This document shows positions 58,346 through 64,000 of a stretch of 64,000 bases of DNA, in pieces (the first letter of the stretch is position 1; the number at the start of each line of letters is the position of its first letter). Source of the DNA: Myxococcota bacterium (GTDB taxonomy: Bacteria; Myxococcota; UBA727; JAHDBA01); assembly GCA_020630615.1 (NCBI GenBank), contig JAHDBA010000003.1:10027-74026 (forward strand), given 5' to 3'. The position numbers were made by a program, and so were the translations under genes. The notes under the pieces are model-generated. The model ran no database searches. It saw only the letters and a list, made by a program, of their open reading frames with translations, and was not told where the DNA came from.

Positions 58346-60221
58346 ACCCTAAAAGTATTGCACCGATCAAGGCAAAGGGAGCAAGGAACATTGGCCAATA
58401 GTCCCAAGACATTTCGGTTAACTGTCCCAAGACCATAAATTGTAATGCTGTTCCAAGGTACACAAAGCCATCAATAATCCCCACTGCTGTGGCAGCTCCC
58501 TTTCGTCCTCCAAAGTCCATCGTCGCTGTTCCTGAGAGAAGCCCATGTGTGCCGATCACACAAAGACTCATCATAAATATAATTAGTCCTAAAATCCATG
58601 GGCTCTTTGGTAGCTCAAAGCTTATTTTTGACTGACGTAGACTTTGAACTTTTGCCTTCCAGCTTGGATCACGAATTTGAATTGTTAGGCTCTCCCCCTT
58701 GCGTTCGACCGTTAGTTCGAGTTGTGGATAGACACGCGGTTGGGTTACTCTGCCACCCGTGCTTTCCACACACATACATTGTTCCCCGCTCCATTCACTC
58801 TTGCTAGGGCAACGCATTGGCACACACTGAAAGCGCGTCTCAAATTGTGAAGCATTGCGAACTTCATGTTGAAAGACGTGAGTAATACGGTCACCCGGCA
58901 AGAGCTGATTGTCATAGGCGGCGCGGGAAACAATATTTGTCGCATCAAACATCCCGAAGGGCATTACGAGACAGCACAGAAAGAGCAACGCATACAAGAA
59001 GAGTGCCGATGGGCCCCGACGAGACTGAAACACTTTATCCGAAACCCATCCAGCAAAGTTTCCACCCGTCACACCTGCTACAAAGAGTAGCCCGCCCCAT
59101 CCCATAGGAAAGAACGCAGCCAAGAAGATAAAAGCTCCTACCAAAATCAGTGCAATGCGTCCTCGTCGCTGCGTACGACGCAAGCCAAGCAAAAACAGGA
59201 TAATTCCGACACCAATACCACCTGCAAAATAGCTGAACCAATAGGAACTTTCCGCGCTGAATGGCGCATTGCAAAGCATTGATTCCGCGTTTTGGGAATC
59301 ACATAAGAGACGTGCAAAGGGATTCAGAACAACATTGCGGATAGGGCCATAGCGAAGTGGGTGCGCAGCAGCCAAGCCCCAAACCTCTCGAGCATATACT
59401 GGGAACCAATGCATAACCCCGTTGCGCAAAATCCCAGTACAAAACTCGACCACCGCGACGGTCATGATGATCGGGTTTGTAAAAATCTTCTTCATAAGTT
59501 GGAGTGCAGAGAGATCGCTCTCGTCTCCAGAGCTCGCGTCTGCAGTGTCAAAGTCCTTAAAGCCAGCCGCTCCCGGGTCATTCCTCAAGAGTGCAAACTC
59601 AACAACTAAAATAAGCGCCAAAAGTAGAGCTGGAGCCCCAAATACGACCCATTCCATTCTCTGGCCCGGAAAGAATATCTGTAAAAGATCTAAAACCAAG
59701 AAGTTTCCGGTGAAGGCAAAAAAGATTCCTGACGAAATCATCGTACCAAAAATACCGCTAAAGCCTCCCCGTTCACGCACATGAAACCAGTGCGCGTTGA
59801 CCTTGACAATTGAAACTGCCGCAAAGGATTGAAAATACATGTTCGCACCATAAAGTAGCGACATCAAACCAACATTAAGACCTTCACTTGCTCCAAGCTG
59901 GGTGAACAAGTATAGTGCAAACATTCCATTAAAGAATGCAGCTCCACTTAACGCGATTAGCATTCCCTTTCGGCCTCCTATTCGGTCCACCAAGGGGCCA
60001 TTATAGAGAAAAGACAGGCCGTAGATTACTGTGCCAACTGCCGAGACCCAACCAAAGTCCGCCTTGGTCATCGCATCGCCGAGCGCTGTCTTTGCAACTG
60101 TGAAGTTGTATCTCCCCATGTACAACAAGGCATATGCAACACCCAAGGGGAACCAGTTTAAAAAGCGTCGCCGCCGAAAAATGGGGTCGCGGCACAATTC
60201 GGGTAACTCAAGTCCTTTCAT
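58311..60221 (-). CDS. MFS transporter of the organophosphate:phosphate antiporter type (GlpT/UhpC-like) with an inserted soluble domain
   Basis: N-terminal similarity to GlpT/UhpT in the pattern YMGRYNF...DRIGGRK. A roughly 110-aa hydrophilic insert containing 5 Cys sits between late transmembrane helices. Confidence 0.65.
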   Translation of the reverse strand: MKGLELPELCRDPIFRRRRFLNWFPLGVAYALLYMGRYNFTVAKTALGDAMTKADFGWVSAVGTVIYGLSFLYNGPLVDRIGGRKGMLIALSGAAFFNGMFALYLFTQLGASEGLNVGLMSLLYGANMYFQSFAAVSIVKVNAHWFHVRERGGFSGIFGTMISSGIFFAFTGNFLVLDLLQIFFPGQRMEWVVFGAPALLLALILVVEFALLRNDPGAAGFKDFDTADASSGDESDLSALQLMKKIFTNPIIMTVAVVEFCTGILRNGVMHWFPVYAREVWGLAAAHPLRYGPIRNVVLNPFARLLCDSQNAESMLCNAPFSAESSYWFSYFAGGIGVGIILFLLGLRRTQRRGRIALILVGAFIFLAAFFPMGWGGLLFVAGVTGGNFAGWVSDKVFQSRRGPSALFLYALLFLCCLVMPFGMFDATNIVSRAAYDNQLLPGDRITHVFQHEVRNASQFETRFQCVPMRCPSKSEWSGEQCMCVESTGGRVTQPRVYPQLELTVERKGESLTIQIRDPSWKAKVQSLRQSKISFELPKSPWILGLIIFMMSLCVIGTHGLLSGTATMDFGGRKGAATAVGIIDGFVYLGTALQFMVLGQLTEMSWDYWPMFLAPFALIGAILLGFIWKARPNSNS

Positions 60222-60267
60222 CTTGTCACCTCATTATTTCGCCTCAAAGGCTGGCATTAAAAATAGA

Positions 60268-61032
60268 CTATTCGGTGAGCTCACTAAAAACGCCCAGCCC
60301 TTCAATACATAAAATACCATCGACTAAAGGAGGAGGATTCGGAGCACAGTGTGATTCAATATGTGCAATAACTGCGCTAGGCCACGCGTTCTGAAATAGA
60401 TTGCAGTTTGCCGGTTCATTATCGATCGACAAGACAACTTGGCCCAACTCATTGATCGCTTCTATTGCCTCTTGCTTAAAGAGCTCGTCTGGCATTTCAA
60501 AAGTCGTTTTTAGCAGCGTCTGTGTTCGCACGCCGCCTAGAGGGAAACCTGTTTGCACCAATGAATCGACGCAGCCTTGGAGCATGCCGGGCACATCCCG
60601 TCCCGTAAGGTACACAATAAAGCATCCTTCTTGATAACAATAGGTTGCGAGCTCTAAAGCTCCGGGCATTGCCACATCGAAGAGTTGGTATTCACTTTTA
60701 AAGAAACGTTCTTTCCAGAACGCTAAAAGCTCTTCCGTCATTAGATGAGGGTGCTCCAGAAAGCCTAACACGTCGCTTAACGCGTAGGGCCAGTTCACAG
60801 GAACAACGACCGAAAGCTTGTCGAGTAACGATCTTTCCCCACGTGTGGAAGCGTATTCCCACAGAATCTTCCATGTCCGTGGAGCATTCTCAAAAAGTGT
60901 AGCATCAAGGTCAAACACCACAACTGGGCGCCTGCCAGCGACTTTTGATTTTTGGATTTTATCTGCGAGTTGTTGAGCTATATTCACCTGCACACATTGG
61001 CACACACAATGCAAAAGACAAGACCAGAGCAC
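60268..61032 (-). CDS. HAD-superfamily hydrolase
   Basis: The DxD motif VVVFDLDATLF and an LTGRD motif. The start is uncertain (GTG). Confidence 0.5.
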   Translation of the reverse strand: MLWSCLLHCVCQCVQVNIAQQLADKIQKSKVAGRRPVVVFDLDATLFENAPRTWKILWEYASTRGERSLLDKLSVVVPVNWPYALSDVLGFLEHPHLMTEELLAFWKERFFKSEYQLFDVAMPGALELATYCYQEGCFIVYLTGRDVPGMLQGCVDSLVQTGFPLGGVRTQTLLKTTFEMPDELFKQEAIEAINELGQVVLSIDNEPANCNLFQNAWPSAVIAHIESHCAPNPPPLVDGILCIEGLGVFSELTE

Positions 61033-61049
61033 GAATCTCTAACCTAGAA

Positions 61050-62642
61050 TTAAATCATATCAAACCCGTCGATCTTAGGAGTATGAACTTGCAACAGTGC
61101 GCCAATACCCCACGCAATTCCTGTCCTTGCCCCCGCAGGCAATGTCGTGCGTGCTGTGTGGTTGTGGCCATAAAAAGACGAACGACCCGTGAGGCCCAAC
61201 GCTATTGGCATCGTCTTAAAGGGATGTACCACACCAAGTTCACAATCAACGTTGAAGTCCAAAAGGCTTGTATACACTTGACTCCATAATTTCAGCGGAG
61301 AATTCCGAACCCGTGTTTGTCCCCAAAAAGCGAGTCGAGAATAAAGTTGTGTTCGGTCATAAAAAGTGCCGTTGTTTGCATGGTCAAGCGCAAACTCTAA
61401 GTCTATTTTTGAAGGAAGTTCACTTGGGAATACCAAGGTTCCACCAGCAACAACCCTGTGAACGCTAACTTCAGACACTTCAGAATCATCAAGATGTCGA
61501 AGCTGGCCCGCCGAGAATGGCCCTTTAACAAAATGGCGTGACCCCAGACGAAAGGAGCCAGCCAAATGTTTATAGATGATTGATGTGTCGACACCACCCA
61601 AAGGTTTGCTAACGGCAGTTCTCGCTTCTTTAAAAAGCTCTCCGGTGCTATTCGAATCAACACGATATTGTTGAGGACCAAGCCCAAACTCTATCTCAAG
61701 TTGCCAAGCCCCCAAGTTGACAAGCGTGGCTAAATTACCAAACGCAGTCAGTTCTTCTAGGGCTGAACGCTGCCCGAAGGCAAATGGAGAATGTCCACCT
61801 TCATAAACTGTACTGACCCTGCCTCTGCTCCCCATCCAGCGCGTCCCTATTTCTGAGAACATTCCTGTCGAGCTGGTCAGTAAAAATTGTTGCTGAACAC
61901 CAAGCGAACCAAGAATTTTCAAATCCCCAAAACGAAACTCACCTTGTACCCCGAGATAAGGTGCCCCCTGCCGAAACCCACCCGGAACAGAATCACCCAC
62001 TGGCTGCAGAGCATTAAAACGATTGTCGATCGCTCCCAGCAAGCGCTTGGCACCTTTAAGTACAAACGCAGACCCAGAGTCCTGCAAGCGTCCAAAAGAG
62101 ATTCGACCTCGACGATGCCGGTGTGTGAGACTTAACTCCATTATATCGGCACTGAGCGAATGATGTCTTGGACCAAAAGCTTGAACATTGGCATCAAATG
62201 CAATGGCCCATCCATCAATCAATTTCGCCAGATATGAAGTTTTCAACTGGGTGATGAGTGCTGGACTCAAGACCTGGTCGCTTCCCTCACCGGCTGCCCC
62301 CAAACCAACAATCGATGTCGAATCAAGATTGACGTGAACATCCTTAAGAATGCGTAAACCCTTGTCGAGGTTCTGGAGATCGCTCCGAAGCGTAATGCTG
62401 CCTCTATCGTCTTTGCCATAAAGCCCCGTTCCATTGTATCTAGACAGAGAACTCTCAAACCCTATTTGTTCCGCACCATCTAGACGACCTTCTTTGAGTG
62501 CACGAGGATCCGCGAAAGGCTTTGGGTCTTCATCCTCTTCTTCATCTTCAACTATAATGATGTCATCATCGTCATCCTGCTGCGCCGAAACACACAACGA
62601 GAATGTGATCAATAGCCCTAATAATACGCGACATCCCAACAC
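61050..62642 (-). CDS. Outer-membrane beta-barrel protein with a poly-acidic N-terminal segment
   Basis: A signal peptide, then QQDDDDDIIIVEDEEEDED, then alternating amphipathic beta-strands. A GTG start. Confidence 0.4.
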   Translation of the reverse strand: MLGCRVLLGLLITFSLCVSAQQDDDDDIIIVEDEEEDEDPKPFADPRALKEGRLDGAEQIGFESSLSRYNGTGLYGKDDRGSITLRSDLQNLDKGLRILKDVHVNLDSTSIVGLGAAGEGSDQVLSPALITQLKTSYLAKLIDGWAIAFDANVQAFGPRHHSLSADIMELSLTHRHRRGRISFGRLQDSGSAFVLKGAKRLLGAIDNRFNALQPVGDSVPGGFRQGAPYLGVQGEFRFGDLKILGSLGVQQQFLLTSSTGMFSEIGTRWMGSRGRVSTVYEGGHSPFAFGQRSALEELTAFGNLATLVNLGAWQLEIEFGLGPQQYRVDSNSTGELFKEARTAVSKPLGGVDTSIIYKHLAGSFRLGSRHFVKGPFSAGQLRHLDDSEVSEVSVHRVVAGGTLVFPSELPSKIDLEFALDHANNGTFYDRTQLYSRLAFWGQTRVRNSPLKLWSQVYTSLLDFNVDCELGVVHPFKTMPIALGLTGRSSFYGHNHTARTTLPAGARTGIAWGIGALLQVHTPKIDGFDMI

Positions 62643-62652
62643 TGGTGCATAG

Positions 62653-62679
62653 TAAAAAACACCCGCGTTCGCAGGTGTT
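62653..62679 (-). terminator. Rho-independent terminator after rpsU
   Basis: On the minus strand a hairpin ACACCTGCG-AAC-GCGGGTGT is followed by TTTTTTACT. Confidence 0.5.
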
Positions 62680-62707
62680 AAAGACAGAACAATATGCAGG
62701 TGCCTGT

Positions 62708-62920
62708 TTATAGCATACCTGTATTTTGGCGGGCGCGCTTAACACGTTTTCTGGCACGCGCTTCAGCTGCACGTGTTTTCATTTTTTCTTGAACCGAAGG
62801 CTTAACGTAGTGTTCTCGCTTGCGCACTTCTTTAAGAATACCGGCCTGTTCAACCTTCCGTTTGAAACGCTTTATCGCACGTTCAACAGCTTCACCATCT
62901 CGTACTGATACTTTTGTCAA
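62708..62920 (-). CDS. rpsU: 30S ribosomal protein S21
   Basis: A(I)KRFKRK...AG(I)LKEVRKREHY matches S21. A TTG start with a GAGGTG ribosome-binding site 6 nt upstream gives a length that matches E. coli S21. The listed ORF starts 9 nt further upstream at a GTG. Confidence 0.85.
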   Translation of the reverse strand: MTKVSVRDGEAVERAIKRFKRKVEQAGILKEVRKREHYVKPSVQEKMKTRAAEARARKRVKRARQNTGML

Positions 62921-63016
62921 AACTGACACCTCACTGAAAGAACTCTATGATCGCATAATCGCAGCGCTTGTCAATAGGACGCTTGCCAACTATTGCATCA
63001 TCTTCTAACAACTATC

Positions 63017-64000
63017 ATGACAAAGCAATCGACGGCCGCCACAACTTCAACAGTCATCGTTCGGATTTCAGGTCTTGATCAACCTGGCATCACAGCAGCA
63101 ATTACAGCAATATTAGCACGCCATACGGTCAAACTTGTTGATATCGAGCAAGTCGTGACACATGGCCGCCTTTTTCTCTTCGTCTCTTTCCAGTACGGTC
63201 ACGATTCTGACGCAGCACGAGAGAATACAGTTTTAAAGGATCTGCTTTTTGAAGCGAAAGACCTCAATGTTGATATGGACTTTGAACTCGTGCAAACGGA
63301 CACAACCCTTATTGATTCACAGCGCCGACAACACCACTTAACAATGATTGCGCCCACCTTAGGGGCACGCCATCTTCATTCTGTCGCGAAAATACTTGTG
63401 CATCACGAAGCGAATATCGACAGAATAACACGCCTTTCGAACGATGGCGTCAATGCTATAGAAATCCTGACATCGACTCCAAGCAACGCGACCCCCGATA
63501 GCCTTCGGAATCTCCGTCATGCCCTCTTTGAAGAACTTCATCCTTTTGGAGTAGATGTTGCCTTACAAGATGGTGGCTTGCGAAGACGGGCAAAACGTCT
63601 CCTTGTGATGGACATGGACTCAACATTAATCCAAATGGAAGTAATCGATGAGCTTGCACGCGCAAACGGATGTTACGACAAAGTATCTGCGATTACCCAC
63701 CGAGCGATGGAGGGGGAACTTGATTTTACAGAAAGCCTAAAAGCACGTGTGGCTGCTCTCAAAGGTCTTCCTATAGAGCGGTTAGAGGCCATCGCATCGA
63801 ACCTTCCGCTCACTGCCGGAGCCGAAAAAGTCATTAAGCTATGTCAGCACATTGGTCTCAAAACCGCGGTCATATCTGGGGGCTTTACTTTCGCAACCGA
63901 AAAGCTCAAAGCAGATCTGCAGCTCGATTACGCCTATGCAAACAAACTTGAAATAATTGATGGTAAACTGAGTGGGAAGGTACTCGGTCCGATTGTCAGT
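63017..64000 (+). CDS. serB: Phosphoserine phosphatase SerB (N-terminal ACT-like domains plus HAD domain; partial, runs off the window end)
   Basis: The frame is open from the ATG at 63017 to base 64000. The HAD motif is LVMDMDSTLIQ. It is absent from the ORF track because there is no stop codon within the window. Confidence 0.85.
   Translation, partial: MTKQSTAATTSTVIVRISGLDQPGITAAITAILARHTVKLVDIEQVVTHGRLFLFVSFQYGHDSDAARENTVLKDLLFEAKDLNVDMDFELVQTDTTLIDSQRRQHHLTMIAPTLGARHLHSVAKILVHHEANIDRITRLSNDGVNAIEILTSTPSNATPDSLRNLRHALFEELHPFGVDVALQDGGLRRRAKRLLVMDMDSTLIQMEVIDELARANGCYDKVSAITHRAMEGELDFTESLKARVAALKGLPIERLEAIASNLPLTAGAEKVIKLCQHIGLKTAVISGGFTFATEKLKADLQLDYAYANKLEIIDGKLSGKVLGPIVS

Overview
The window reads as a chromosomal stretch from a Gram-negative, probably delta-proteobacterial (Myxococcota/Bradymonadota-like) genome with roughly 50% GC; this placement is an inference from gene content. 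The candidate undescribed system is a compact five-gene minus-strand module (39878..42467) that resembles an orphan sctE/sctF/sctG-like needle-subunit-plus-chaperones set, with no basal-body genes anywhere in the window.

Most of the window is housekeeping:
- recB (C-terminus) and recD.
- A ribE-ribBA-ribH-nusB operon.
- tig and miaB, trmB, and rpmE with a DUF1385 gene.
- A prs-ctc-pth operon, tamB-like, coaBC and mreB.
- rpsD, tatB/tatC, ribF, rpsU and the start of serB.
- A type IV pilus core cluster, pilB-pilT-pilC-pilS-pilR.
- Two tRNAs, Leu-TAG and Ser-TGA.

The accessory or unusual loci are:
- A secreted metzincin with myxo-type Cys-rich repeats and a C-terminal sorting-like tail, translationally coupled to an unknown secreted partner.
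- A tail-anchored Ser/Thr kinase next to comM.
- A family-4-like uracil-DNA glycosylase with a non-canonical active-site motif, coupled to a tiny membrane protein.
- A protein carrying only sigma-70 region 4.
- A Kelch lipoprotein and PEGA membrane protein pair.
- A hidden 51-aa Cys-rich lipoprotein gene that the ORF track does not list, plus a Cys-rich acidic lipoprotein flanking tRNA-Ser.
- An orphan TolQ/TolR-like pair.
- A standalone MshEN (c-di-GMP receptor-type) domain protein.
- The five-gene minus-strand module at 39878..42467 described above.
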